Assembly (NCBI GenBank): GCA_951406725.2
Contig: OX597824.1
Location: 28,830,001 to 28,894,000 of the forward strand
From: Octopus vulgaris
Taxonomy: Eukaryota
Length of the DNA: 64,000 nucleotides
Direction of reading: 5' to 3'
Shown here: positions 25,536-39,377 of the stretch, in pieces
How the letters are laid out: each line of letters starts with the position of its first letter
How positions within the stretch are numbered: the first letter of the stretch is position 1
Notes under the pieces: generated by a model
Seen by the model: the letters and a program-made list of their open reading frames with translations, nothing else
Told to the model about the DNA's origin: nothing
Database searches by the model: none
Made by a program: the position numbers and the translations under genes

Positions 25536-26318
25536 AAGATGAACAACGGGAAAGTTTACGACAAGCAGACAAAATTTCGAAAAGTGATGGACAAAATCTA
25601 AACACAAAAAAAAAACACAATTGCAAAGAAAGTTGTGCTCAGTGAATAATATGTCGAACAAAATATAAGAAAATGTAAAGAAATATACTAACGTCTCAGG
25701 CGAATCTTTCATGATACAAGATAAAAGATAAAAGTAATAAAAGAGAAAAGAAACATTTATTTTTTGATGCCCGTGTGAATCTTTCTGCTACATGCTCCCA
25801 AATAAACATACATGTGTTTGTATGTGCGTGTGTATATGTGCTTGCGTGTGTATGGGGTCGGGGTCTGTCTCAGTGTTTATGCTTACAGCACTAAAACGAT
25901 GCGTCAGCTCCTGCGTCTTTATATCAAAATGTATAAGTTCGGGACTTGACAATGAGAAATCGATCAAGTAAAGACCGAACTGTTACTGGTGCCGATATGA
26001 TCGACAAAAAAAAAACTGTTGAAAATCGTTCTGCAGAATGGACACAGTCCAGTGACTGAAGCCAGTTAAAGAATATAGAAAATACCTATGTATTACATTT
26101 CTATACATTTACGTTTGTATGTACAACTCAGTGAATATATGTTAAGAATGTAAGTAAGCATATATAGAACTATGTATGAATGTATGGTTGGGTGTGTGTC
26201 TATTCGGTATGATATATTTCGATTCATTTCATCGTAAAAAAGTTTTAAAAATCATCGAAAATTATAGGAAATCTCAATCAACTAAAGCGCTATAAAAGTA
26301 TATATATATATACATATG

Positions 26319-26375
<57 letters not shown>

Positions 26376-26604
26376 CACCACAATGTATGCTTGCTAAGCT
26401 GGAATCTCAGTACCATAAAGTCATCATCGAAATCTCCAGAAAGTTGGCTACCCTAACTTACATGTGTGTGTGTGTATGTGTGTGTGTGTGTGTCTGTATG
26501 TGTGTGTATGTATGTATAGATATACATTGTGTGTATGTGTGGTGTGCATGTACGTATGTTTGTTCATAAAGGATTGTTTCTATATATATGTTTATATGTA
26601 TATA

Positions 26605-26649
<45 letters not shown>

Positions 26650-26681
26650 GTATAATATATTCGCGCACACACACATGTATG

Positions 26682-26712
<31 letters not shown>

Positions 26713-26763
26713 GAATGGAACAAGTATATATTTTCAATATTTCATACGCGCAAGCACGTAGAT

Positions 26764-26835
<72 letters not shown>

Positions 26836-27190
26836 ACACATACATTTATATATCGCTCTTTATATGTACTTGTATCACAAAAGCACCAGCTGGTTTCGTA
26901 TGCCTGCATTTATATAAATAACTATGATTGTCCAAGTATATATGTAAATTTACATGTGGGTGAATATGTGTGTGTGTGTGTGTGTGTGTTTCTGTGTGTG
27001 TGTGTGTGTATTTGTGTGTTTTGTACGTGTGAGATCATGCACGCTGGCGTGCATGATCTCACATACATTTGTGCACTTCTTTATTTAGGTGCAGCGTTGC
27101 ATGTGTGTCTCCGTATAGACCAACGGCTCAGGTGAATGACATGACCAGGAATTACAACAAAATCGTAAACATTTCGCCTTTATTTTGTGC

Positions 27191-27243
<53 letters not shown>

Positions 27244-27313
27244 ATATATATACTTGAAAGCATATATGTATATATGTATGTGCGATAGCCTACAAATGTG
27301 TGTATATGTATTT

Positions 27314-27314
27314 G

Positions 27315-27391
<77 letters not shown>

Positions 27392-27435
27392 CATTATTAT
27401 TATTTTTATCATCAACATCATCATCATCATCATCA

Positions 27436-27508
<73 letters not shown>

Positions 27509-27513
27509 TATTA

Positions 27514-27544
<31 letters not shown>

Positions 27545-27588
27545 CATTATTATTATTATTATTATTATCATTATCATCATCATCATCA

Positions 27589-27664
<76 letters not shown>

Positions 27665-27678
27665 TATTATTATTATTA

Positions 27679-27734
<56 letters not shown>

Positions 27735-27757
27735 TATTTTTATTATTATTATTATTA

Positions 27758-27832
<75 letters not shown>
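27314..27832. repeat. (TAT/CAT)n trinucleotide repeat
   Basis: Seen directly in the sequence. Confidence 0.95.
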
Positions 27833-27833
<1 letters not shown>

Positions 27834-27834
27834 T

Positions 27835-28024
27835 AAGGCGCCGGGCAAAATGCTTAGCTGTATTTCTTTCGTCCTTACGATCTCAGTTCAAATTCCGCCG
27901 AGGTCAGCTGTGCCTTTCATGCTTTTAGGGTCGATAAATTGAGTACCAGTGAAACACTGGAGTCGATGTAATTGACTAGTCCCCACTCCAAAATTTTTCA
28001 AGCCTTGTGCCTATAGCAGAACGA

Positions 28025-28025
<1 letters not shown>
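27835..28025 (+). mobile_element. SINE family B, diverged, within (TAT)n
   Basis: cagttcaaattccgccgaggtc...ggggtcgataaattgagtaccag. Confidence 0.8.
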
Positions 28026-28063
<38 letters not shown>

Positions 28064-28706
28064 GAGTCATAGCGACAATGGGGTACAATTATACGGAGCC
28101 CAATACACCCATCAAGGCTACCCGTCTGATAAGGGTACACCAGGCACATGCATCACCATGTCGCGTACATATTGTGATCTCATATCAAGATAAACAGCGC
28201 ATGACCTTGCAGGTGTGGTCCAGTTAGAATATTCTTCAGGTCGAGTGGCCCATCCCGCTCAAATGGTCTTTGAATAAGGAGAATTATCCAAAGGAGAATT
28301 ATCCAAACCCCAAAGAATTCCTCTCAACACATGGCTATGATGCTTCCCCACTACTTCTGCTCGTGATCATTGATGTACATATCGTCAGCCACTAAGGGAC
28401 ATGCTCAACTGATTAGGGTCAAACAGCTGACAAGCAAATCTGTGGTACTGAGCAGAATATTTGCTGTAGCCTATCTTTTATATCAAGACAAAACAATGTA
28501 CAAGGCAGTGAAAGGCGGTGAGTTGATAGAAACGCCAGCAGTCCGGGTGAAGAGCTTCGCAACATTCCGTCCGTCTTTACATTCCGAGGTCGACTTTTCC
28601 ATTTATCCCTTCAGGAGTCGATAAAAATAAGCACCTGTTGAACGCTGAGGGCCGATATAAACGATTTAGCCATTAACCCGAATTTTACAGCCTTCTGCCA
28701 AAATAA

Positions 28707-28962
28707 TACTCTTTTACTTGTTTCAGTCATTTGACTGTGGCCATGCTGGAGCAACACCTTTAGTCGAAAAAAATCGACTCCAGGACTTATTCTTTGTAAG
28801 CCTAGTACTTATTCTGTCGGCCTCTTTTGCATACACTCACAAGGGTTTGGTCAGACCGAGGTTATAGTAGAAGACACTTGCCCAAATTTCCACGCATGGG
28901 ACTGAACCCGGAACCATGTGGTTCGTAAGCAAGTTACTTACCACACAGCCACTCCTACGCCT
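28707..28962 (-). mobile_element. SINE family A with internal deletion
   Basis: Tail and head both present. Confidence 0.85.
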
Positions 28963-29393
28963 ATGAAAGACACAATTTTTTTTTGACAATTTATTTTGTT
29001 AGAGTACCCAACATTTGAGAGATTTCGATCATACAGAGATTCCAGCTTAGCAAGCATATATTTAGCTGTAATTCTTGCGTCCTTGCTTTACAAAGCTGGC
29101 TTAAATATTCAAAGGCTACGATATAAACAACAGATACAAACTCAGATGTATTTGATTTTATTCTATTTATTGTGGTATTTATTATTACTATGATTTTTTC
29201 TTAATATTATTATTCTTAACATCATCATCATCATCATCATCATCATCAATGCTACGGTTTTCGCCTTCATCGCCATCGTAATCACTAACAGAATCATCAT
29301 TAAGATTACATTCATATATATTTTTTTTTCTGTTTTTGATGTAATGGATGCACTTACACACACACACAGACACACGCATACATACAACCACAC

Positions 29394-29475
<82 letters not shown>

Positions 29476-29900
29476 ATATACAGGTATACACACATATACG
29501 CCCATACACATTTCTATATCCATATACATAGATAATAGATACGTACATGCTCGCATGCATACATACATACATACGTACACGCACACACACACTCACACGC
29601 ACACACACACACTCACATACATATTTATATTATATATATGCATGTATGTATGCATATATATATATATATATATATATCCATGTGTGTGTGTGTGTACGAA
29701 AAGGCATAAACGCAAATTTGCTTGTTTGTTTGTTCGTAATATCTTTTTTTTTTTTTCAATACCAGTTTATGTTCAGTTCCACGGATTTATAAGTAGGAAA
29801 AATGAAATATACCATTAAGTGACAAGCATGACTTGTCCACGATTTGAAAGAGGAGAAACGCGAGCGAATAACATGTATACGACGCGCGCGTATGTGTGTG

Positions 29901-29944
<44 letters not shown>

Positions 29945-30047
29945 TTACATACGTATTTATACATATCTATATGTATATAGACAAAAATATAGAAGTATAT
30001 GCATATACATATATATTTGCATATCTATATATATATGACATAAAAAT

Positions 30048-30129
<82 letters not shown>

Positions 30130-30567
30130 AATTATATATATATATATGTGTGTGTGTGTATATATGTATATATATATATACATACATATATATATATATA
30201 AATATATATAGTATTATATCTGCACATATTCGCATATATACATTTGTGTGTGTGCGTGCGTGTGTGTATGTTTGTATATATATATATATATATATACATG
30301 TGTGTGTGTGTGTGCATGTGTGTATATATACATATATGTATGTATGTATACATACGTGCATATGCAGATATATCCATGTGTGTGTATGAGTGTGAGGTGG
30401 GTTGAGAGGTTGGTTTGATAAGAATGAACCAATATTGCTGTATTAATATTCGTGTTTTTTTTTTTATTTCGTCGCCTTGCATTTCTTGGTATTGCTGTAG
30501 TGTATTCTTTCTTCATTTATTTCTTTCCGAAGACGCCGCCGACGACGACGACGACGAGACCAAAACC

Positions 30568-30968
<401 letters not shown>

Positions 30969-31469
30969 TCTTCTGAGAATGCTAATGTCCACGATGGTTT
31001 TGCTACAGTTGTCTTTTAACATCGCTGTTATTGACACTAAAAAAAATGATGCTGACTGCTGCAGTTTTTCGCCCTCGTCAATTGATGCGGCTTTTGTGAT
31101 GGTTTTCTTGCTTTCTTGTGTATGTTTATTTTTTTTTTACTCCAGTCTCGTTTCACTCTCTTTTTTTTTTGTGTTTTTTTATTTTGTTTTTTACCGTTTC
31201 TCATTTTTAGATGCCATTCTTCCATTCCATTGCCACCCAACCCCCGCTGCACCCACACACCTTATGTTTGTTATTTAATTTTTGTTACTGTTGATTTTTC
31301 AGGAAATGCATTGTTGTTGGTGTTGTTGTTGGCGGTGGGAGGGAGGGTGTTTTTCGGAAATCGTTAAACTGTCTACACACTCACGCCCTCCCCTATGCAC
31401 ACAGTCGCACGCGCACCCACACGCACACGCGCACATACACACATGCAAAAGTGTATATATATACATGCA

Positions 31470-31882
31470 TGGCTGTGTAGTAAGTAGCTGGCTTACCAAC
31501 CACATGGTTCCGGGTTCAGTCCCACTGCGTGGCACCTTAGGCAAGTGTCTTCTACTATAGCCTCCAGACGACCAAATCCTTGTTAGTGGATTTGGTAGAC
31601 GGAAACTGAAAGAAGCCCGTCGTATATATGTATATATATATGTGTGTGTGCGTTTATGTTTGTGTTTCTGTGTTTGTCCCCCTAGCATTGCTTGACAACC
31701 GATGCTGGTGTGTTTATATCCCCGTCACTTAGCGGTTCGGCAAAAGAGACCGATAGAATAAGTACTGGACTTACAAAGAATAAGTCCCGGGGTCGAGTTG
31801 CTCGACTAAAGGCGGTGCTCCACCATGGCCGCACTCAAATGACTGAAACAAGTAAAAGAGTAAAGAGTAAAGAGTAAAGAGA
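31470..31882 (+). mobile_element. SINE family A
   Basis: Near full-length match to the family consensus. Confidence 0.9.
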
Positions 31883-32256
31883 GTATATATATATATATGT
31901 ATGTATGTATTTACATGTGCGTGTATTCATGTAAAAATATATATACATGCATATACATATGGATGTATATGCATATACAAATACACACATATACACATAT
32001 ATATAATAATATAAATAATATATATATGCATATATACATACATACATACATACATACATACATACATGTACATATGCATGCATGTGTGTGTATGTCTGAG
32101 TGTGCGTTTGTATGTGTGTGTAATGCCCCGGATGTGGATCGAACACATGATTTTCATTTGGATTAATATATGCATGTGGGCATACAAACACAGACACAAA
32201 CACACAAATGTATACGCACACGCACGCACACACACACACACGCACATACACAGACG

Positions 32257-32292
<36 letters not shown>

Positions 32293-32319
32293 CGACAGGC
32301 TTCTTTTCAGTTTCCTTTC

Positions 32320-33405
32320 ACTCAAACGACGAAGGTTGCAGGGAGATCTCATCCGACTTTCAACGTCTTCATCGGACATGTAAACCTACCATTTGCGGAG
32401 ATTTTCACCCCTGCGCCGGATAGAGGTCTTCGTGGGCATGATCACAAACTCTTAAAGTATTAAAAGAAGCTATAATAAAACCTATATAGGTACAAAGGAG
32501 GTAGTAGTGCTGAAGCTAAAAATTACAGACCTATTTCCCTCACGTCTTACACGTCAAAAATTATCCAACGCCTTGTCCGAAGACAAAAAGTAATAACATA
32601 CCTGGAGGAAAACAACTTAGACGACACTCGGTATAGGCATTGGACTGAACGAAGTTGCCTGTCACAATTCTTACAGCATTATAACACTACCTCTTATAAT
32701 CTCTTAAGGGGAAAGATCATTGACTGTTAAAACCTTGATATTGTTAAGGCCTTTGGCAAAACTGATCATGGAATCATCTATCATAATTTAAGAAATCTTG
32801 GTATCACAGGAAAAGTCAGAGAATGGTTCTTTAACTCCCTATATGGTAGGAGTCAACCTATTACTGCAATTAGATTTCTCTCTAAGTTAACTGTAGTACG
32901 ACCGTAAACATCAGGGAATGAATTACACAAGAATATCGATGGCTAGGAGCTAAAACAGACAAAATACGAAAATTAGTACATCAAAATTTCAGCTTCTTCC
33001 TTACAAACGAATTCATTCAAATCGTAATATTTGACACAAGGTAACATAATGATTCAGAGCACTAATGACATACAGGACTTAGGTGTAATCATGTTAAATG
33101 ATGCATTTTCCTTTAAATGCAGCAAACTCTTAGGCTACATCCTACGAACATTCATGACAAGGGAACCAGTAGCTAGATTTATTTTTAGGGAAAACCCTGG
33201 TTCTGAGCAGTTTGTATTACTGATTATAATTTTAATCTTCTTACTCATCCGGCCTCATAGATGAAATTGAAGGGTTACAAGGAATGTTCACTGGTAAAAT
33301 ACCTTCAATTAAGTCTTACCGCAAATGTCTGAAAGCGCTCAGTCTCTTGACACCAAAGAGAAATATATACAATCACATTTATATGGAAAATAGTTGGGGG
33401 ATGTA
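32320..33405 (+). mobile_element. Decayed CR1/L2-group LINE reverse transcriptase fragments
   Basis: KRRRLQGDLI...RGLRGHDHKL (3' piece), then YKGGSSAEAKNYRPISLTSYTSKIIQRLV...RSCLSQFL...LDIVKAFGKTDHGII...LGITGKVREW with stops and frameshifts. Confidence 0.85.
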
Positions 33406-33581
33406 TGTCGTAGTCTAACTTCCGGGAAATTTGGTCAAAAACTTCATGGAAAGTTCCCGAGGAATTTCGAACTTCCGGACAAGGCGTTGGATAATTTTAG
33501 ACGTGTAAGACGTGAGGGAAACAGGTCTGTAATTTTTAGCTTCAGCACTGCTACCTCGTTTGTACCTGTATAAGTTTTATT

Positions 33582-34356
33582 AACTTCCGGCAAAATTGGT
33601 CGAAAACTTCATGGGAAGTTCCGAGGAGTTTTGAACTTCCGGGAAATTTGGTCGAAAACTACATGGCAAGTTCCGAGGATCTTCTGACTCCTGGGAAATT
33701 TGGTCGAAAACTTCATGGGAAGTTCCGAGGATATGTTCGAACTTCCGGGTAATTTCGTCGAAAACTTCATGGAAGTTCCGAAGATTTTCTAACTTCGGGG
33801 AAATTTGGTCGAAAACTTCATGGTGAGTTCCGGGGATTTCCTGACTTCCGAGAAATTTGGTCTAAAACTTCATGGAAAGTTCCGATGAATTTCTGACAGC
33901 TGGGAAATTTGGTCGAAAACTTCATGGAGAGTTCCGAGGATTTCCTAGCTTCCGGGAAGTTTGGTCGACACTTCATGGAAAGTTCCGATGATTTTCTGAT
34001 TTCCGGGAAATTTGGTCGAAAACTCCATGGGAAGTTCCGATGATTTTCTGATTTCTGAGGAAATTGGTCGAAAACTTCATGGGAAGTTCCGATGATTTTC
34101 TAACTTCCAGGAAATTTGGTCGAAATCTTCATGGGAAGTTCCGATGATTTTCTCACTTCCAGGAAATTTGGTCGAAAACTTCATGGTGAGTTCCGGGGAT
34201 ATTCTGACGTCCGGGAAATTTGGTCAAAAATTTCATGGGAAGTTCCGAGTATATTCTGACTTCCGGGAAATTTGGTCGAAAGCTTCATGGGAAGTTCCGA
34301 TGATTTTCTAACTTTCGGGAAATTTCTAACTTTCGGGAATTTCTAACTTTCGGGAA
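33582..34356. repeat. ~52-bp minisatellite, ~14 units (one more unit at ~33417-33478)
   Basis: Consensus ttccgggaaatttggtcgaaaacttcatgggaagttccgatgattttctgac. Confidence 0.95.
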
Positions 34357-34359
34357 ACT

Positions 34360-34795
34360 GTTCAGAAATGTGCAACAAAGCGAATACCCACCGTCAGACA
34401 TCTACCTTACTCTGAACGTCTTGCATTTCTGGGCATGGATACATTGAAGCCCAGACGCCTGGCAACTGACTTGATTGACACCCACAAGATTATCCACCAT
34501 ATTTCCAGCAACAACCTTGGGTAACTTTTTGAATTCCCTATGACAATCACTCACGGACATGCTTATAAAATCAAAAAACAACACAGCACCCATGATTTTC
34601 GGAAACAATTTTTCATGTTCAGAATTGCAGAAGCATGGAATAAACCACCTGCATCAGTTGTTAACTGTCAATACACTACATCCTTCAAAACTTCCATGAG
34701 TCCTGGAATCCGCAAACAGTACACCTGATGGCCATTTTTTTCTTTTAGGTTGTAGTGCACCTGAGCACTGTATACAACAATTTCCTTTATCATTA
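34360..34795 (+). mobile_element. CR1/L2-like LINE 3' end, same family as 13010-13333
   Basis: HGHAYKIKKQHSTHDFRKQFFMFRIAEAWNKPPASVV; shared 3' UTR gttgtagtgcacctgagcactgta. Confidence 0.85.
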
Positions 34796-35199
34796 TATAT
34801 GTGTGTTTGTTGAGTTTCTGTGCAGTATTTTAGTTCTGTTAGTCAATGTAATGTCACACACTCTCTTCGGTTCCCACTCAGTGGTACCCTACGCAGTGTT
34901 CAATATTTGGTGCAAGACTGTCTCTCTTTTCTATCTATTCCTCTGTCCTTCTCTCCCCTCTATCTACCTATCTACCTATCTGCTGCTTTTCTCTCTTTAC
35001 TGCCTTCCATTTCTTCCTCTGTACATCTCTGTCAACTACCTACTGTCTATCTTTATTCCCTTATTTCTCCGCACTCTCTCTTTCTTCCTACTTGCTCTTC
35101 CCTAACCTTCTCTACTCTCTTTCTTCACTTTTTGGTACCAAAAGATAATCCAATTTTTTTGTCACTCATCGTTTTTCTACTTGACTAGTGCATAGGTAA

Positions 35200-35390
35200 G
35201 ACATCATCGTTTAATGTCCATTTTCCATGCTGGAATATGTTGAATGGTTTGACTGGGGCCTGGGAAGCCAGGAGGCTGCACCAGGCTCCTGTCTGATCTG
35301 GCAGTGTTTTGTACAGCTGGATGCCCTTCCTAACGCCAACCACTCTGAGAGTGTAGTGGGTGCTGTTTTTACGTGCTACCGGTACAGGGA
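35200..35390 (-). mobile_element. SINE fragment with a V-domain-like motif
   Basis: Reverse complement gttggcgttaggaagggcatccagctgtac...aaatggacattaaacgatgatg. Confidence 0.55.
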
Positions 35391-35744
35391 CCAATTTCCT
35401 GTCTAGTACTCATTTCAGATCCCCAGTTTATCTTTTCACTTTTCATTCTTTTCTTTCCTTCTAACTTCCTTCCCTCTACCCAATCTCTCTATCCTTCTCC
35501 TGCGCCTTCTCATTGTACCTTTGGAACACAAGCACCACTATTTTCTTCCTTTTTTTGTTAGTTTTTGTCATGTAGTGTCCCACATTTTGAAATACTTGCA
35601 ATTTGTATTTTTACTGCTTATTTTATCTCTGCCTGATACATTTCCAAAATTTAACATTTAAATATGCAAAATATACTTCACAGTATTATATATACTATGC
35701 ATTAATGCACAAAATATTGAGTGTATTGGCTATCTTCAAAATGA

Positions 35745-36207
35745 TCACACCATCAATGAAAAATTTCAATACCAACTTCCTAAGGCAGTTATGAAAGGCT
35801 ATAAAGACCAAACACCCAGAAAAACTGATGAATGGGGTTTTGTTTCATTAGGACAATGCTTCAGCACACAAGTCCTTGGTTTCAATGGCTGCTGTATGTG
35901 ACTGGCTTTGAACTGGTTGATCATCCTCCCTATGTCAGTGATTTGGTTCCTTCTGGTTATCATGTTTCCCAACATAGAAAAACACTCAGCTGAGCACCAG
36001 TATCACTATGATGAGAACATCTTATCTGTTGTTGATGACCATTTTGATCAACAGAAAAGCTTCTTCACCAGTTCGATCCAAGCACTGCAACTACTAATGG
36101 AAGTGTGTGGACAGTAAGAGGAACTGTGTTAGAAAATGAACTTCATTTGGTCACATTCCCTTGAGAGTGTCTTGCTCAGATTATGAACATTTCAGCGGAC
36201 CCTCATA
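35745..36207 (+). mobile_element. Mariner transposon 3' remnant
   Basis: LRQL*KAIKTKHPEKLMNGVLFH*DNASAHKS...ELVDHPPY.SDLVPS; ends in TIR-like gaacatttcagcggaccctcata. Confidence 0.8.
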
Positions 36208-36540
36208 ATAATAAAAATTATTATACCAGCATTTGTTTTAATGTTAACATTGGAAAAATCCACATTTTTCATTTAAAAGATTAGGACCTGGGTTTGCACC
36301 CCCATAGCAAATTTTGTTGCTGGGCCACTGCTTACATATATATATATACATATATACGACGGGCTTCTTTCAGTTTCCGTCTATCAAATCCACTCACAAG
36401 GATTTAGTCTGCCTGAGGCTATAGTAAAATACACTTGCCCAAGGTGCCACACACCAGGATTGAACCCGGAGTCATGTGGTCGTTAAGCAAGCTACTTACC
36501 ACACAGTCACTCCTGATATTTACATATCTCTATATATATG

Positions 36541-36696
36541 TTGATTTACTTCAACATATAAGTTTAATTTGTCAAAATATTTTCGTCGCTAAAATCCGCG
36601 ACCTGTTCAGCACGGATTTTTGTCAGTGAACAGGTCGCGGATTTTAGCGACGAAAATATTTTGAAAAATTAAACTTAAATGTTGAAGTGAATCGAA
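36541..36696. repeat. Fold-back palindrome with ~68-bp arms carrying hammerhead copies
   Basis: acttcaacat...gtcgctaaaatccgcgacctgttca pairs with tgaacaggtcgcggattttagcgac...atgttgaagt. Confidence 0.9.
36619..36668 (+). ncRNA. Minimal type I hammerhead, G3-C8 core variant
   Basis: tttgtca GTGAACA g gtcgc ggatttta gcgac GAAA atat TT tgaaaaa; the mirror arm has tgacaaa, which restores a 7-bp stem I. Confidence 0.65.
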
Positions 36697-36751
36697 CGGC
36701 TTTTGTGTGTTTCTTAAATGACTTACAAACACCTTCCACGCTGCAATTGTG

Positions 36752-36823
<72 letters not shown>

Positions 36824-36866
36824 TATTTATATATATACATATATATGTAATATATATATATGTGTA

Positions 36867-36897
<31 letters not shown>

Positions 36898-37815
36898 GTG
36901 TGTGTATGTGTGTATGTGTGTGTGTGTATGTATGTATAATGCATTTTTGTATGTATGTATATATGCATGCACGTACTTATGTATGTATGTATGTATGGAT
37001 GGATGGATTTAACGAATAAGAATCTTTTATTCGGAGGCATTGGTGTGAATCAAACTGAACGAAGTATTTTGTAATTTAGTTACCGGTATTATGGATAACT
37101 AATCAAATTTTGACCTACAAGGGATAGCAGCGAAAGTAACGACAAATAGAATTAATCCTTTGACAATAACGACAAAAAGAACAACATTGATATCAATAAT
37201 ATTAATAATGCTGAAGGGTGACGAATGTATTTATTGTTCGTCATACGGCCATTAAAATATATAACAAGAATACGTCGAAATCATATTCATTTTTTTGCAA
37301 ATATATCGTGCGCGGATATGCTCACACACATTCACTCACGTACACAATCATGCACACACACGCACACAATGAGATAGATGCAGAGAATCACACAGACACA
37401 CACGCGCAAATACATACAAAAATACACACACACACACACAAACACATACATATATTTCCAGAAAAATATACATCTTATTTCTTTTGTAAGTCCATCTCAC
37501 AAGGTAAAGATCGTTTTAGTTTGCTGCGCCCGCTCCCTATAAACGTAATTGAGGTCTTGTCTTTTTGTGGCCCACAGAGTTAATTTTTTTACTCTTATTT
37601 TCGCTATTTATTAATTGCTTTTTGGTTTTTAATTGCTAGCCACACATCCTATAATGTGTTTAATATATCTCAATATATTAATATATCATTGTATTGTCCT
37701 CTTGTATTGATAATATACACACAGATATATATATTCGTTTCTGTACAGGCATATTTACATAAATATGCGTTTATGAGTGTGTGTATGTGCATGGGTGTTT
37801 ATATATATATATATA

Positions 37816-37856
<41 letters not shown>

Positions 37857-37859
<3 letters not shown>

Positions 37860-38040
37860 AAACATGGAGTAGATGAAGCAGGGGTGACTGAAGAAGGGGA
37901 GTTTTCCTTGTGTTGTATGTCCTGTACTCTATTTGTTCGTTGTTTAAGAAAAATGTCCATTTCCTTGGATTTGTGTTTATGTTTTCGTTTCTCATTGTGT
38001 TCGATGTTTTTTTTTTCTTTTTTGGTGTCCTGTACCCATA
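37857..38040 (+). mobile_element. 5'-truncated copy of the family-2 permuted-hammerhead element
   Basis: GAAAcatg...ggtgaCTGAAGAagggg, followed by a 3' region homologous to the reverse complement of 21037-21165. Confidence 0.65.
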
Positions 38041-38233
38041 TATGCATGTATATATACATGTAGATGTAGGTACGTACATATATCTACGTATATATGCATA
38101 TTATTTATTAATATGTTTTATATATATATATATAATACAAAATGGGACAAGAACGCAAAACATCCGGACAGCTAGGTGATACAAAAAGGGACAACAAAAC
38201 ATCCAGATAGACGATACAAAGAAAACAAGGACG

Positions 38234-38319
38234 GGCCATTCGAAGTTTTCTTTCCTCAGTCAAGCACCAGATTATCCTCGCAATCTCGGCTGATTATTCT
38301 TGAGATTGCTCCTATCTGG
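38234..38319 (-). ncRNA. Non-circularly permuted hammerhead candidate, family 1, second copy
   Basis: Reverse complement: ccagat agga gcaaTC^tcaag aataatca gccGAGAttgc gaggata atctgg tg cttgaCTGAGGA aagaaaacttcgaat ggcc; GAAA reads GAGA. Confidence 0.65.
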
Positions 38320-38462
38320 CCAGCCTCAAGGAAAAACTAAGCTAAGAGCATTAGATTCCTTGGAAGAAAGCAGCGAATGTTTACAAAAACAAGGTCGGAA
38401 AAAACGGACAAAGTTACACAAATATAAATACAATAATAAATATAATAAAAATAATAACAGAA

Positions 38463-38600
38463 ATAGACTTTAAATCCTTAATTACCACATACATTATACA
38501 TCACTATAAATTCTGTTAGCTTGCTTTCCTCGATTCAGCACGCCGTGTATTTTATAGTGATGTATATTGTATGTGGTGATTGCCGATTTAAAGTCTAGTT
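38463..38600. repeat. Imperfect fold-back with ~48-bp arms
   Basis: tagactttaaatc...accacatacattatacatcactataaa pairs with tttatagtgatgtatattgtatgtggt...gatttaaagtcta. Confidence 0.8.
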
Positions 38601-38928
38601 CTCAGCATATTGGCATAGACACTTTCTTCTTTTGCCCTTTTTTATAATTGTTTATAATTTTCACCTTAAAAGGTATTTTAATATGCTGGCCACTTGATGA
38701 ATTTTTTTCAAAAGATTTTATCCTATATTAGAAGTATCTATATGCATAATATATATTCCAGATTAATTCACAAGAGTTTTCGGATTATACACTGAGGATT
38801 CTTGGCACTTGTATCTCTGATTTATCATTAATTTGATACAACTTCTTGTCCAGTCTTAGCAGAATTGCTTATACAGTTCTATATTTAAGAGATGAGGAAT
38901 TATGTACATTATTTACATTATTTGTAAT

Positions 38929-39090
38929 GGCGTAGGAGTGGCTATGTGGTAAGTAGCTTGCTTACGCACCACATGGTTCCAGGTTCAGTCCCACTGCGTG
39001 GCACCTTGGGCAAGTGTCTTCTACCATAGCCTCGGGTCGACCAAAGCCTTGTGAGTGGATTTGTTAGACAGAAACTGAAAGAAGCCCGTC

Positions 39091-39141
<51 letters not shown>

Positions 39142-39377
39142 TATATATATATATATGTTCGTGTGTCTGTGTTTGCTCCCCCTCCCCAAAATCACCTGAC
39201 AACCGATGCTGGTGTATTTATGTCCCCGTAACTTAGCGGTTCGGCAAAAGGTACCGATAGAATAAGTACTAGGCTTACAAAGAATAAGTCCTGGGATCAG
39301 TTTGCTCGACTAAAGGCGGTGCTCCAGCATGGCCACAGTCAAATGACTGAAACAAGTAAAAGAGTAAAAGAGTAAAA
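38929..39377 (+). mobile_element. SINE family A, full length
   Basis: ggcgtaggagtggct...aaaagagtaaaagagt. Confidence 0.9.

Noticed and set aside
33582-34356. Minisatellite as a CRISPR array or hammerhead satellite (GAAA-acttc-atgg-gaagt-TC resembles stem III)
   Set aside because: No unique spacers or cas genes and the context is eukaryotic; there is no properly placed CUGANGA with stems I and II.
35824-35830. Isolated CTGATGA hits (also ~24939, ~46643 on minus, ~62542)
   Set aside because: No matching stems, GAAA or cleavage strand; several lie inside transposon coding remnants.
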